DNA of 64,000 bases from Alphaproteobacteria bacterium (GTDB lineage Bacteria > Pseudomonadota > Alphaproteobacteria > RF32 > CAG-239). Below the pieces are notes generated by a model. That model saw nothing but the letters and a program-made list of their open reading frames with translations, was not told the origin of the DNA and searched no databases. Every line of letters starts with the position of its first letter. Position 1 is the stretch's first letter. Shown here piece after piece: positions 1-9,639 of the stretch. Position numbers and translations under genes: made by a program. Location of the stretch: NCBI GenBank assembly GCA_017444525.1, contig JAFSWL010000004.1:40851-104850 (forward strand), given 5' to 3'.

Positions 1-204
1 GATGCAAATTTGCAGGCCAATCAGCATAAAAACGGTGATGTGCGCTATTGGTTGGAGTGTGAAGACGGCGCTCAATATTTAACCATTAACACCGAAAAAA
101 AGCAGGTGGTGGCGGTTTTGGATGAGCCGATTATCGAAAAATTGGAAGATGCCGTGATTAAATTGTCGCTTGATAATCTGGTAAAATGCGGTATAAAAAT
201 TTAA
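1..204 (+). CDS. 3' end of a hypothetical protein; the reading frame is open from the window edge
   Basis: The frame is open from nt 1 with a stop at 202-204. No recognisable motifs. Confidence 0.35.
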   Translation, partial: DANLQANQHKNGDVRYWLECEDGAQYLTINTEKKQVVAVLDEPIIEKLEDAVIKLSLDNLVKCGIKI

Positions 205-235
205 CTGTTCGGTAAAATACAGATGAGGCAACATT

Positions 236-1507
236 ATGCTGTTAACAACGCAACGCAAAATCAAAAAATGGATGATACGTCTGTTGTGGCTTGTGTTTTG
301 CGGATTCATAATTTGGGCCAATTATAATCGTTTTAATCATAATAACTTCGCCAATTATGAAAAAGCCGTGGATTTCGGCAGAGTGCGTGAAGTAGAAGAT
401 GTGGTGCAACCGGTTATTGCGGCGGTGTTTTATCGTAATGATAGGGCAAAACACAAATCTCTGACCAGCTATTTGAGCCACTGGGATCGTAACCGTATTC
501 AGAATCCGAAAATGTTGGCGGTTCCGAAACAAATTACACCGGAAAGCAAACGGGTTATATCTAAACTATATACTGAAATAAACAGAGCAGGAAAGTATGA
601 TCAAATTTTGCTGATTTATAACGGTTCATTTACTGAAAAAGAGCATTTGGCGTTGCTGAAACAACAGTTTAAAACAGCTGCCGTAACATTATTTCCGATT
701 GATAAAAATGAAGCTGAGTTCGAAAAGAAAGCAGAAAAAGCACTCAATACCGATAAAATGCTGGTAGTAGCACTACTGGAACTGAATGAGGATGAGCAGG
801 ATAAATTTTTGTTTGATGAAATGATATATTTGGCGCAAAAAAAATCGTATAAAATACGTGTTTTTGATGAAGTTGATACGCAACTGGCACAGGCGCAGGA
901 AGAAAATTATGCGTCTTGGTTTGAAACAGAAAACGGAAATAAAATATCGGAGCTGCAACGGCAGAAAAATAATTTAGTTAAATATAAAGAACATTATGGT
1001 GCAGTTATCCTGAATTATTTTACTCATAATTTGGCGTTGTCCCCTGAGATGCCAATATTTTGGCCGGATAAAACGGCGCAGACATACCGTTTATTTGATC
1101 GTGGTGCGGTATATATTCGGTTTTTCGGCACAAATGGAAAAGAAATATTCTCGCGGGCTAAAATCGGCAAAAATAAGGGAATTATCGTAGCGGTTATAGA
1201 GTTGGCGCGTAAGGCGATAATAAAAGTCAAGCATCGTATAGCATCTTATAAAATATATATTTTGACTGAATTGGAAAAAATTGAAAAGGATATAAATACC
1301 CCATTGATTAATTATTTGGAAACAGATGACGGTGTATATATTCAATACCATGGTCACAATGCATTGTTGGCGGCAGATGAACGTCCGCAAGATGAGAGAG
1401 CATTGATGACTGCTTTGCGGATTAGAGCCAAAGTGCCGGATTCTGCCGCGGATTCGGATATAGATTATTATAAGTTCAAAACAGTGGAGATACAAAATGA
1501 AAATTAA
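236..1507 (+). CDS. Hypothetical membrane-anchored protein
   Basis: 423-aa ORF with an N-terminal hydrophobic helix (IRLLWLVFCGFIIWA). Its stop overlaps the start of the next gene, suggesting an operon. Confidence 0.6.
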   Translation: MLLTTQRKIKKWMIRLLWLVFCGFIIWANYNRFNHNNFANYEKAVDFGRVREVEDVVQPVIAAVFYRNDRAKHKSLTSYLSHWDRNRIQNPKMLAVPKQITPESKRVISKLYTEINRAGKYDQILLIYNGSFTEKEHLALLKQQFKTAAVTLFPIDKNEAEFEKKAEKALNTDKMLVVALLELNEDEQDKFLFDEMIYLAQKKSYKIRVFDEVDTQLAQAQEENYASWFETENGNKISELQRQKNNLVKYKEHYGAVILNYFTHNLALSPEMPIFWPDKTAQTYRLFDRGAVYIRFFGTNGKEIFSRAKIGKNKGIIVAVIELARKAIIKVKHRIASYKIYILTELEKIEKDINTPLINYLETDDGVYIQYHGHNALLAADERPQDERALMTALRIRAKVPDSAADSDIDYYKFKTVEIQNEN

Positions 1508-3212
1508 CGGATTTAAAATCAAATATTCTGCAGCGGATATTAAAAAGCGCGTAACTCAGCAAATGCGGCGAATAGAGCTGATTGACAGAGAACACGAATC
1601 GTATAAAAATTTATCGACCGGCGATAAAAAAGCACTTAAATATTTGGTTAATGCCGCGCGGATTATCAATGATGTCGCTTTAGAAATGGATCATCCAATG
1701 AATTTGGTGCAAAAGCAAGCATTGGAAGTTGCTGCCGAAAAGAGTCCGTATGCTGCAAATACTCTTAAATTGTTTAATTCGCTGAATGGTGTAGCTGGCT
1801 CAAACGGTGTTGATAAGGAGCCGGTAGAAATTTTTGAGGGAATTCATCAATACGAAGGACGCAATTTTTATCCGACGGATTTGAATGCAAAAGAATTGGC
1901 TCAGATTATCAATAAAATGCTGGACGAAGGTAAATCCGATGAAGTTCGTAAGATTTTAAGCGCGCGCACGATGGTGCGCCGAGACGGGGAATATTTGAAA
2001 GCAATCGATTATACAGAGTATTTTGCCGATGAATTTTCTGAGATAGCCAATGAGCTGGAATGTGCAGCTCATTTTACTGACGATAAATTGTTCAAGGATT
2101 ATCTCGGTTGGCAGGCACAAGCTTTGTTGCAAAATAACGAAGAGATGGACGTTTTGGCAGATAAACATTGGGCAGAAATGCAAGATACTCCGCTGGAATT
2201 TACTTTAAGCCGCGAAAATTATGATGATAAACTAACGTCAAAATTATTCTCGGATAAAAAGCTATGTGCTAAGTTGGAGAGATTTAAGATTAATCCGGTG
2301 CCGAAAGATATGCTCGGTATTCGAGTCGGGATTGTCAATCGTAAGGGTACGGAATTGTTGCTGAAGTTCAAAGAAGAAATGGTTAAGTTGGCAAAATTGA
2401 TGCCGTACAGTGATAAATATGAGCAAAATGTCGGCGGCAAAAACGGGCTGAAGCAAACGATGGTTGATGTTGATATTGTCGCGCTGAGCGGGGATTATGC
2501 TTTGTGCCGCGGCGGTATTACTCTGGCGCAGAATTTGCCGAACAACGATAAGCCGAGTCTGATGCGGGGCGGCGGCAGGCGTAATGTATATCATCGCCAG
2601 GTGCGGTATGACGGCGAATCGGAAAAAACCAAGAAAATACTAGATAAATTGGTTATACCTGAGTTGCATAAATATTATAACAACGAATATGATCATCTAT
2701 TTACAATCGGTCACGAAAACGGACATTCTTTGGGACCTGACAGCACGTATCAGACTGCGCTCGGCATTTATCATCATATTATTGAGGAGCATAAAGCCGA
2801 TATGATCTCGGCGGCGATGATGCCGGAATACGTAAAGTCCGGTATTATCTCAGAGGAAGAACTAAAAGCCATTTATGTCACGTGGGTTGTTAAACGTCAT
2901 TTTATGAAAGCATATCCGCAGGATAAAGAAGCGCACCGCATGGCAGATTTAATCGAATATAATTATTTGCATGATTATGGTGCGTTTTGGTTTGATGAAG
3001 ATAGAAAATTGCATATCGATTTTGCAAAAATGAAGTCGGGTTCTCGCAGCCTGCTCAAAAAAATTATTGAGGTTCAGCTCTCGAAATCTCCTGAATTTGC
3101 AAAAGAATTTGTTGATAAATGGACCGAATGGGGAGAAATGTTACAATATATTGCGGAATTTAAACAAAGTTTAGGAATTAGACCTTATATTGACATTGTA
3201 AGCTATTTTTAA
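1497..3212 (+). CDS. Zinc metallopeptidase, dipeptidyl-peptidase III (M49)-like
   Basis: HENGH (HExxH) is followed about 30 aa later by EEHKAD, resembling the M49 HExxGH...EExxAE/D motif pair. The ORF is 571 aa. Confidence 0.55.
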   Translation: MKINGFKIKYSAADIKKRVTQQMRRIELIDREHESYKNLSTGDKKALKYLVNAARIINDVALEMDHPMNLVQKQALEVAAEKSPYAANTLKLFNSLNGVAGSNGVDKEPVEIFEGIHQYEGRNFYPTDLNAKELAQIINKMLDEGKSDEVRKILSARTMVRRDGEYLKAIDYTEYFADEFSEIANELECAAHFTDDKLFKDYLGWQAQALLQNNEEMDVLADKHWAEMQDTPLEFTLSRENYDDKLTSKLFSDKKLCAKLERFKINPVPKDMLGIRVGIVNRKGTELLLKFKEEMVKLAKLMPYSDKYEQNVGGKNGLKQTMVDVDIVALSGDYALCRGGITLAQNLPNNDKPSLMRGGGRRNVYHRQVRYDGESEKTKKILDKLVIPELHKYYNNEYDHLFTIGHENGHSLGPDSTYQTALGIYHHIIEEHKADMISAAMMPEYVKSGIISEEELKAIYVTWVVKRHFMKAYPQDKEAHRMADLIEYNYLHDYGAFWFDEDRKLHIDFAKMKSGSRSLLKKIIEVQLSKSPEFAKEFVDKWTEWGEMLQYIAEFKQSLGIRPYIDIVSYF

Positions 3213-3238
3213 TCAAGTGCAGATTTAAGGAAAAGATA

Positions 3239-3403
3239 ATGCAGAAAATGTTATTGATTGTGGCTATTATGCTCATTTCTTCGTGTTCGGTTTTTGTGGC
3301 AGAACATTTGGGTGATGAGCGGGCTAAACTTGTTAGTTACGGCAAAGAGAGGGTAATCTGCGCTGATAATTCTCCGGAACATATCGGAACAACGAAACTT
3401 TAA
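3239..3403 (+). CDS. Small putative lipoprotein (54 aa), below the ORF-track cutoff
   Basis: ATG at 3239, signal peptide with lipobox LISSC, TAA at 3401-3403, followed by an intrinsic terminator. Confidence 0.4.
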   Translation: MQKMLLIVAIMLISSCSVFVAEHLGDERAKLVSYGKERVICADNSPEHIGTTKL

Positions 3404-3422
3404 TAAGTATTAATAAAGCAAA

Positions 3423-3446
3423 GGCACCGTATACGGTGCCTTTTTT
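3423..3446. terminator. Rho-independent terminator, possibly bidirectional
   Basis: GGCACCG-TATA-CGGTGCC followed by TTTTTT and preceded by an A-rich tract. It lies between convergent genes. Confidence 0.7.
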
Positions 3447-3463
3447 GATGCAAGATATTGTTT

Positions 3464-3961
3464 TTATTCAACGGCGTAAATATCGCGAATGATCCACTTG
3501 CCATTGTTTTGTCCGAGAACATAGATAATTGTTCCCTGACATAAACCGAACCAACCGCCGTTGCACGAACTTTCGGTATATATTTCCGTAGTTCTGTTCG
3601 GTAAGACTTTTTTGTTGATAAATTTATAATTCATTTCGGTTGGACGTTCTACGGTCGGATCTGTCATGAAGATAAAAGCAGGCAAGTTTTGTCTGCTGCA
3701 AGTTTCCATATCCGGTTTTAAAGTACACTTAATTGCATTTTCCACGCTGCATAACATATCGTTTAAGCCTTCCGAACATTCGGCAGTCAATTCATTTGCG
3801 TTGAACGAATAAACGTCATCCGGTAGTTTTTCTTCTGCCTGAGGTATCGGAGTACTTTCGGTTTGAGCAATAACCGGCTCGGTTTTGTTTTTTCGGGTGA
3901 GAGTGAGACTCCAAACAAACAACCCCAACATCAAAATGATAACAATGATTTTTTTTATCAT
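3464..3961 (-). CDS. Hypothetical exported or membrane-anchored Cys-containing protein
   Basis: N-terminal hydrophobic segment (IIVIILMLGLFVWSL) and several Cys residues in the mature part. Confidence 0.6.
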   Translation of the reverse strand: MIKKIIVIILMLGLFVWSLTLTRKNKTEPVIAQTESTPIPQAEEKLPDDVYSFNANELTAECSEGLNDMLCSVENAIKCTLKPDMETCSRQNLPAFIFMTDPTVERPTEMNYKFINKKVLPNRTTEIYTESSCNGGWFGLCQGTIIYVLGQNNGKWIIRDIYAVE

Positions 3962-3977
3962 ATTTTTATTCCTTTAC

Positions 3978-4526
3978 TTAAAAATGATATTCTATCCCAA
4001 AAGAATATTCCAAAGCGTGATTATACCCTTTCAGATGATCAAATTCTATATGCCTGCAAATTATGCGGGTTTGCCAATGGTTGTTCCACGCATATTTTAC
4101 ACCACCGCCGAATCGATAGCCGTAACCGTGTTCGCGATGATTATCAGCTGCCGAAAATTTGGTTTTATAAATATATTCTCCGATACCGGCGGTTGCCGCC
4201 AAAGAAAAGTTTCCGTAAACCGGAAGAAAGGCAAGTATATCAAGACCATAAGCCTGATAGCGAGTTTTTAAGCTATATTCACTCACACGATTGGTGTCTT
4301 GCGTGCTTTGTCCGACAAACAATTCGGTAGCAAAATATTTACTGTAATCAGAACCTAAGCGCAAATAACCTGTATGATGCTGCGGGCGAACGCCAAAGGC
4401 ATTGGTGCGGCTGTAAGCATAATCAATACCTATGTACGGCTTATAATCATAGCTGTCAGCTGATGCGGTATTACTGCCGATTGCAGTTAAAAGTGCAGTT
4501 GTTAAAAGAATGGTAATCTTTTTCAT
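3978..4526 (-). CDS. Small outer-membrane beta-barrel protein (OmpA-like/porin family)
   Basis: Signal peptide ending ASA-D, alternating aromatic/Gly-rich beta-strand pattern, and a C-terminal ...EYHF ending in Phe. Confidence 0.75.
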   Translation of the reverse strand: MKKITILLTTALLTAIGSNTASADSYDYKPYIGIDYAYSRTNAFGVRPQHHTGYLRLGSDYSKYFATELFVGQSTQDTNRVSEYSLKTRYQAYGLDILAFLPVYGNFSLAATAGIGEYIYKTKFSAADNHREHGYGYRFGGGVKYAWNNHWQTRIICRHIEFDHLKGYNHALEYSFGIEYHF

Positions 4527-4652
4527 TTATCTTTCCTTGTATGTTAAACAGCTTCATTATAATCGTCTTATAAAAAAAATAAAGTATTTTATAAAAGTTA
4601 TTGTGAATGAAGTTTTTTTGTGATAACATAATGCAATATTAAGGGGATTGTT

Positions 4653-5297
4653 ATGGATACTAGAAAAACACAAACCGGACGGTCAATGATTGAGATGATG
4701 GGATACCTGATGGTTGCTATGGGAATTATTATTGCCGTGGGGCGGATTGTAAGCAGTGCATTTGATACGCATAAATACAGTGTTGCTTCGCTGCAATTAA
4801 CGGAATTGGTGGGGACAATGGTGCGTTCTTCGGCAATTGACGTTGACTATACTGAAGTTGTCAATAAAGTAAAAGAAGGTAAACGAGAGCTGATCCCGAA
4901 CAGTTTCCGAGTGGTTGGTTCCGGTAGTAGCACTAAGATTTATCATGCTTTCGGCGGAACGACTGAGGTTGGAATTTTTGATGACAATCCGGAGAGATTT
5001 TTTGTGCGCTATAACAATCTTTCTAAAAAACAATGTGTTGAACTGGCTTTGAAGGATTGGCATCGTAATCAATATGCTGATTTGTTTGCGGTTGCCGTCG
5101 GTACGTGGACTTGGTATTGGCAGACGTATGGTTCGGGCGATAATTTATCCAGTGCATTGAACTTCTCAAGTAATGAAACTTGTTCTGGTAAAGTATGCCG
5201 TCTACCAACTACCAGAGCCAAGCTTACCGGTGTCGGTGATAATGACGGACAGTGTACGGATGGCCGTAACAACACGGTTACTTGGGTGTTTAACTGA
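4653..5297 (+). CDS. Type IV pilin/pseudopilin-like protein
   Basis: Class III signal-like N-terminus TG|RSMIEMMGYLMVAMGIIIAV, with Glu at +5 after the Gly and a hydrophobic helix. C-terminal Cys pairs. RBS AAGGGG upstream. Confidence 0.55.
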   Translation: MDTRKTQTGRSMIEMMGYLMVAMGIIIAVGRIVSSAFDTHKYSVASLQLTELVGTMVRSSAIDVDYTEVVNKVKEGKRELIPNSFRVVGSGSSTKIYHAFGGTTEVGIFDDNPERFFVRYNNLSKKQCVELALKDWHRNQYADLFAVAVGTWTWYWQTYGSGDNLSSALNFSSNETCSGKVCRLPTTRAKLTGVGDNDGQCTDGRNNTVTWVFN

Positions 5298-5390
5298 CAA
5301 CTTTATGTTATTAAGTAAGAATAAGTCTTGAAGTTATGTGTGATTGCTGTTAATTATTGTAAAACTATATCAGATAAAAGGAGATGTAAA

Positions 5391-5819
5391 ATGACATCTA
5401 TTGTATTACCACCGGATTATAAACCGTCAGCCGACGAAGAATATATGAATGAAATGCAGCTGGAATATTTTCGTCAGAAGCTGGAAAATTGGAAGAAAAC
5501 TCTTGTTTCGCAATCTGTCGATACATTAGACGATTTGCGTCAGGGCGGGTTAAATCAGCCGGATGAAATTGACAGAGCATCAATGGAAACCGATAAATTT
5601 TTGGATTTGCGTACCAAAGACAGAATTCGTAAACTGATTACCAAAATTGACGAGGCTTTGGATAGAATCGAAGACGGCACGTACGGATATTGCGAAGAAA
5701 CCGGAGAACCTATCGGTATCAGCCGTTTGGAGGCTCGTCCGGCAGCCACACTCTCTATTGAGGCTCAAGAGCGTCATGAACGTATGGAAAAGACTTTTGA
5801 CGACGATAATGGCGCATAG
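5391..5819 (+). CDS. dksA: RNA polymerase-binding transcription factor DksA
   Basis: Coiled-coil DksA pattern (EMQLEYFRQKLENWK; DEIDRAS) and C-terminal YGYCEETGEPIGISRLEARPAATLSIEAQERHE. The ATG at 5391 has an AGGAG RBS, so the track start at 5328 is rejected. Confidence 0.9.
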   Translation: MTSIVLPPDYKPSADEEYMNEMQLEYFRQKLENWKKTLVSQSVDTLDDLRQGGLNQPDEIDRASMETDKFLDLRTKDRIRKLITKIDEALDRIEDGTYGYCEETGEPIGISRLEARPAATLSIEAQERHERMEKTFDDDNGA

Positions 5820-5822
5820 TTT

Positions 5823-6407
5823 ATGCAAAATTCGGAAAGCGTAAAAAATTTTATACTGGCATCCGGTTCGCCGCAACGCATAGCCTTATTGCGGCAAGTT
5901 GGGTATGAGCCAAAAAAAATTTGTCCGGCGGATATTGATGAAAATTGTCAGCCTCATGAGTTGCCTTTGCCTTATGTTCGGCGAATGGCTTTGGAAAAAG
6001 CAAGGCATGTGGCAACACTGTTTCCGCAAGAAAATGTGTTGGCTTGTGATACGGTGGTGGCCGTTGGGCAACGGATTTTACATAAAGCAAGAAATATTGA
6101 TGAACAGCGTACATATATGGAATTGTTGTCCGGACGCATGCATCGTGTTATCAGTTCTGTATGTCTGATTACTGGCGACGGCAAAATTTTACAGCGGACG
6201 GTTACTACCAAAATCGCAATGAAGGTTTTGTCTCAAGATGATTTGGATGATTATTTGGCATGCGGTGAGTGGAAAGGTGTATGCGGTTACAAAATTGAAG
6301 GCAAATTGGCCTGTTATGTTACGCGGATGATCGGTTCATATTCAGGCGTTGTGGGGCTGCCGTTATATGAGACAGTGAACTTGTTAAAAGGAGTAGGGAT
6401 AAAATGA
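5823..6407 (+). CDS. maf: Maf-like nucleoside triphosphate pyrophosphatase
   Basis: ILASGSPQR...LL N-terminal Maf signature, a length of about 190 aa, and synteny with rng. Confidence 0.9.
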   Translation: MQNSESVKNFILASGSPQRIALLRQVGYEPKKICPADIDENCQPHELPLPYVRRMALEKARHVATLFPQENVLACDTVVAVGQRILHKARNIDEQRTYMELLSGRMHRVISSVCLITGDGKILQRTVTTKIAMKVLSQDDLDDYLACGEWKGVCGYKIEGKLACYVTRMIGSYSGVVGLPLYETVNLLKGVGIK

Positions 6408-7567
6408 AAGCGGAAAAAATAATTTATGACAGAAATGATGAAGCGTTTGGTATAGCTGTTTTTGACACCTCCGGATTGGCGGAAATAGATATATATAATG
6501 ACCGTCGTGCCATTGAAGGAAACGTATATCTCGGCAAAATTGTGAAGAAAATCAATCTGGCCGATGACAGATATGGCTTTATTGTCGATATCGGAGATGG
6601 GCATGAAGCCTTTTTGAATGCATACGAACCATCTTTGAAAGAGGCAAATATGAACGAAGGGCAGAGCGTTGTGGTGCAAGTTTTGCAAGAAAAGCGTGCT
6701 GAAAAAGGAGCAAAAGTAGTGCGTAATGTACAAATTGTCGGTACTTTTTTGGTATATTGTCCGTTTAAGTATGATGTGGAATACTCTCGTAAAATCGAAG
6801 ATGTGCAAAAGGCTGAGCAGTTGGCGCGTGCTGTGCGTGAGAAATGCAATTCTCAGGAAGGTTGGATATTGCGCACCATGTCAGTAGATGCCGATGAACA
6901 GCAGATTGTGGCGGAAATGGATGAGCTACGTGCCGTTTACGAGGATATTCGCAAGAAGGCAAGAACATTGACGGCGCCGTCATTGTTATTTGCCAAGGAA
7001 AATCCTTTGTTTGAATATATCCGCCGTTATCGCGACAGTTTGAAAGAAGTCGTTGTAGATACACCGAATTTGGTCGAAGCGGTTTCTAAAGTATTTGACG
7101 GTAATGTTAAACAGCAAAAAGACGGATTTGAGGAATACGGAGTTGATGATGCAATTATTGATGCATTGGAGCGTACGGTTAAGTTGAAAAGCGGCGGAAG
7201 TCTGCAAATTGAAGAAACTCGCGCTTGCGTGGCCATTGATGTGGACAGCGGCGGTATTCGCAATGTCGGCGATATCGATTCCCTAAATATTGAAGCCGCC
7301 AAAGAAATTGCCCGTCAGATTCGTCTGCGCAACCTTTCCGGTAAAATCATCATCGATTTTGCCGGTTCGTCGGAATATCGTTTTATGAAGAGCATTATTG
7401 ATTGCTTGGAAGAAGAATTGGCCGATGACGCTTGCCGCAGCCGCGTTTTGGGATTGAGCCGCGCCGGTAATATAGAAATTTTGCGCCAACGTCGTCGTCC
7501 GAGTTTACGTGATTTATATACAGTGGAATGTCCAACTTGTCATGGTACAGGAAGAGTTGAACCATGA
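6404..7567 (+). CDS. rng: Ribonuclease E/G family protein, short form
   Basis: S1-like N-terminus (GNVYLGKIVKK), catalytic region IEETRACVAIDVDSG, and C-terminal CPTCHGTGRV. ATGA overlap with maf. Confidence 0.85.
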   Translation: MKAEKIIYDRNDEAFGIAVFDTSGLAEIDIYNDRRAIEGNVYLGKIVKKINLADDRYGFIVDIGDGHEAFLNAYEPSLKEANMNEGQSVVVQVLQEKRAEKGAKVVRNVQIVGTFLVYCPFKYDVEYSRKIEDVQKAEQLARAVREKCNSQEGWILRTMSVDADEQQIVAEMDELRAVYEDIRKKARTLTAPSLLFAKENPLFEYIRRYRDSLKEVVVDTPNLVEAVSKVFDGNVKQQKDGFEEYGVDDAIIDALERTVKLKSGGSLQIEETRACVAIDVDSGGIRNVGDIDSLNIEAAKEIARQIRLRNLSGKIIIDFAGSSEYRFMKSIIDCLEEELADDACRSRVLGLSRAGNIEILRQRRRPSLRDLYTVECPTCHGTGRVEP

Positions 7568-7776
7568 GCGAGATTATCAAAACGCATAAATGCCCGATTT
7601 GCGACAAATTATTTGTCGGAGAGGAGTATATGCCGTTTTGTTCAAAACGCTGTGCGGATGTCGATTTGAATCGTTGGTTCAATGGAAGCTATGCCGTGGC
7701 ATCCGAGGATTTAGATGAATTGGAAACCGAAGAACTTGCCGAGGCTTTGGAAAATGCGGAAAAAGACGGAAAGTAA
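7564..7776 (+). CDS. yacG: DNA gyrase inhibitor YacG (zinc-binding)
   Basis: CPIC...PFCSKRCADVDLNRWF signature in a 70-aa protein. ATGA overlap with rng. Confidence 0.85.
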   Translation: MSEIIKTHKCPICDKLFVGEEYMPFCSKRCADVDLNRWFNGSYAVASEDLDELETEELAEALENAEKDGK

Positions 7777-8884
7777 CATAAAGTTAGAACGTGCGGAGGA
7801 TAATGCTTTACGCTTATCCGTATCAGGCGACGTGCTGAACTATGATAATCCTGAATTTTTTGCGGAATTGGAGCGGCAGCTTGCAAAAAAAACGAAACAG
7901 TTGGTGTTGTGTGCCGATGATTTGGGCGAGTGGGATTCATCGTTGTTGGTGATTTTGTATGAGAGCATTCGTAAAGCTAAAACAGCAGGAGCAGAATGCG
8001 ATTTATCCGCGTTGCCGCAAAATTTGCGGGATTTGATGCGTCTGGCATTTGCCGACGACCGCAAGCCGACACATGGCAGTTCTGTCGGTTTGCCGTTTTT
8101 GGAAAATCTGGGTAAGGCTACGCTGGATTGTTTGCAAAAAACCTCAAATGTTATGAATTTTTTGGGACAGATATGCGCTTCTGTCGGCAGATGGATTGGT
8201 TTTCGCTCGATTATGCGGCGTGTTGATTTTATGGCGGTGCTGGAAGATTGCGGTCCGAGAGCAGTGGGAATTGTATCATTAATCAGCTTTCTGGTCGGGT
8301 TGATATTGGCCTTTGTCGGGGCTATTCAGTTGGAAACGTTTGGTGCGCAGATTTATGTTGCAAGTTTGGTTACTATCGGTATGTGCCGCATTATGGGTGC
8401 GATTATGGTAGGTATTATTATGGCCGGTCGCACCGGTTCGTCTTATGCCGCTACTATCGGTACCATGCAGGTAAATGAGGAATTGGATGCTCTGCAAACT
8501 ATGGGCTTTTCTAAAATAGATTTTCTGGTGTTGCCGCGATTATTGGCGTTGCTGATAGCTATGCCTATATTGACGATGTTGGCCGATATTATGGGAATGA
8601 TCGGCGGTGCATTTGTCGGGGTGTTTATGATGGATTTGCCGTATCAGGAATATTGGAAATATGCTATTAATGCTTTCAATTTGAAAAATTTTTTGGTAGG
8701 TGTTTTTCATGGTTTCTGTTTTGGTATTATTATTGCGGTTTGCGGCTGTTACAGCGGTCTTAATTGCGGACGTAATGCCGACAGTGTGGGTATCGCCACC
8801 ACACAATCCGTAGTCAGAGCCATTGTTTGGATGATTGTCGCTACCGGTATTATCACGGTTATTTGCATGGAGTTGGGGCTATGA
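7754..8884 (+). CDS. mlaE: MlaE-family ABC permease with an N-terminal STAS (MlaB-like) domain
   Basis: The C-terminal 260 aa is a multi-TM MlaE-type permease. The N-terminal ~110 aa is STAS-like (LRLSVSGDV...LVLCADDLGEWDSSLLVIL). The start is uncertain: the track gives 7715, and the ATG at 7754 is chosen here. Confidence 0.8.
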   Translation: MRKKTESNIKLERAEDNALRLSVSGDVLNYDNPEFFAELERQLAKKTKQLVLCADDLGEWDSSLLVILYESIRKAKTAGAECDLSALPQNLRDLMRLAFADDRKPTHGSSVGLPFLENLGKATLDCLQKTSNVMNFLGQICASVGRWIGFRSIMRRVDFMAVLEDCGPRAVGIVSLISFLVGLILAFVGAIQLETFGAQIYVASLVTIGMCRIMGAIMVGIIMAGRTGSSYAATIGTMQVNEELDALQTMGFSKIDFLVLPRLLALLIAMPILTMLADIMGMIGGAFVGVFMMDLPYQEYWKYAINAFNLKNFLVGVFHGFCFGIIIAVCGCYSGLNCGRNADSVGIATTQSVVRAIVWMIVATGIITVICMELGL

Positions 8885-9639
8885 GTAAACCGGTTGCTAT
8901 TGATGTTAAGGGGTTGGACGTCGGTTACGGCGATTATGTGTTGTTGCATGATGCCGATTATCAAGTAAATAAAGGCGATATTTTTATCATTATGGGCGGC
9001 AGCGGTTGCGGCAAGAGCAGTATGCTGCGTGTTCTTACGGGGCTTATTCCACCGCTGAAAGGCTCGGTGGTGATTAATGGGGTTGATATTGCCACGGCTT
9101 CGGTTGCTGAAGTGCAGAAAATCCGTGAAAAATCCGGTATTTTGTATCAGAGCGGAGCGCTGTTCAGCTCAATGACTTTGGCGGAAAATATTATGTTGCC
9201 GATGCAACAATATACCGATTATTCACCAGCGACTATGCGTGAATTGGCACACTTAAAACTGGCGTTAGTGGGGTTAACCGGATTTGATGATTTTTATCCT
9301 TCCGAAATCAGCGGCGGCATGAAAAAACGTGCGGGTTTGGCGCGGGCTTTGGCTCTCGATCCGGATATTGTGTATTTTGATGAGCCGTCGGCCGGATTGG
9401 ATCCGATAAGTTCACGTAATTTGGATGATTTGATTATTGAAATAAACCGCAGTTTGGGTACAACCATTGTGGTCGTTACTCACGAACTGGCCTCGATTTT
9501 TGCCATTGGTACCAATTCCATTTTTTTGGATGCCTCCACCAAAACCATTATGGCAAAGGGCGCCCCTAATGAATTGCTAAAAAACCCGCCAAACGAGGCA
9601 GTATATAAATTCTTAACGCGAGGAGAGAAGAAAAAATGA
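8881..9639 (+). CDS. mlaF: MlaF-like ABC transporter ATP-binding protein
   Basis: Walker A GGSGCGKSS, signature ISGGMKKR, Walker B IVYFDEP. The ATG at 8881 overlaps the mlaE stop (ATGA). Confidence 0.9.
   Translation: MSKPVAIDVKGLDVGYGDYVLLHDADYQVNKGDIFIIMGGSGCGKSSMLRVLTGLIPPLKGSVVINGVDIATASVAEVQKIREKSGILYQSGALFSSMTLAENIMLPMQQYTDYSPATMRELAHLKLALVGLTGFDDFYPSEISGGMKKRAGLARALALDPDIVYFDEPSAGLDPISSRNLDDLIIEINRSLGTTIVVVTHELASIFAIGTNSIFLDASTKTIMAKGAPNELLKNPPNEAVYKFLTRGEKKK

Noticed and set aside
5328-5390. Upstream TTG/ATG-extended start for dksA
   Set aside because: An AGGAG RBS precedes the ATG at 5391. The extension (MKLCVIAVNYCKTISDKRRCK) is not DksA-like.
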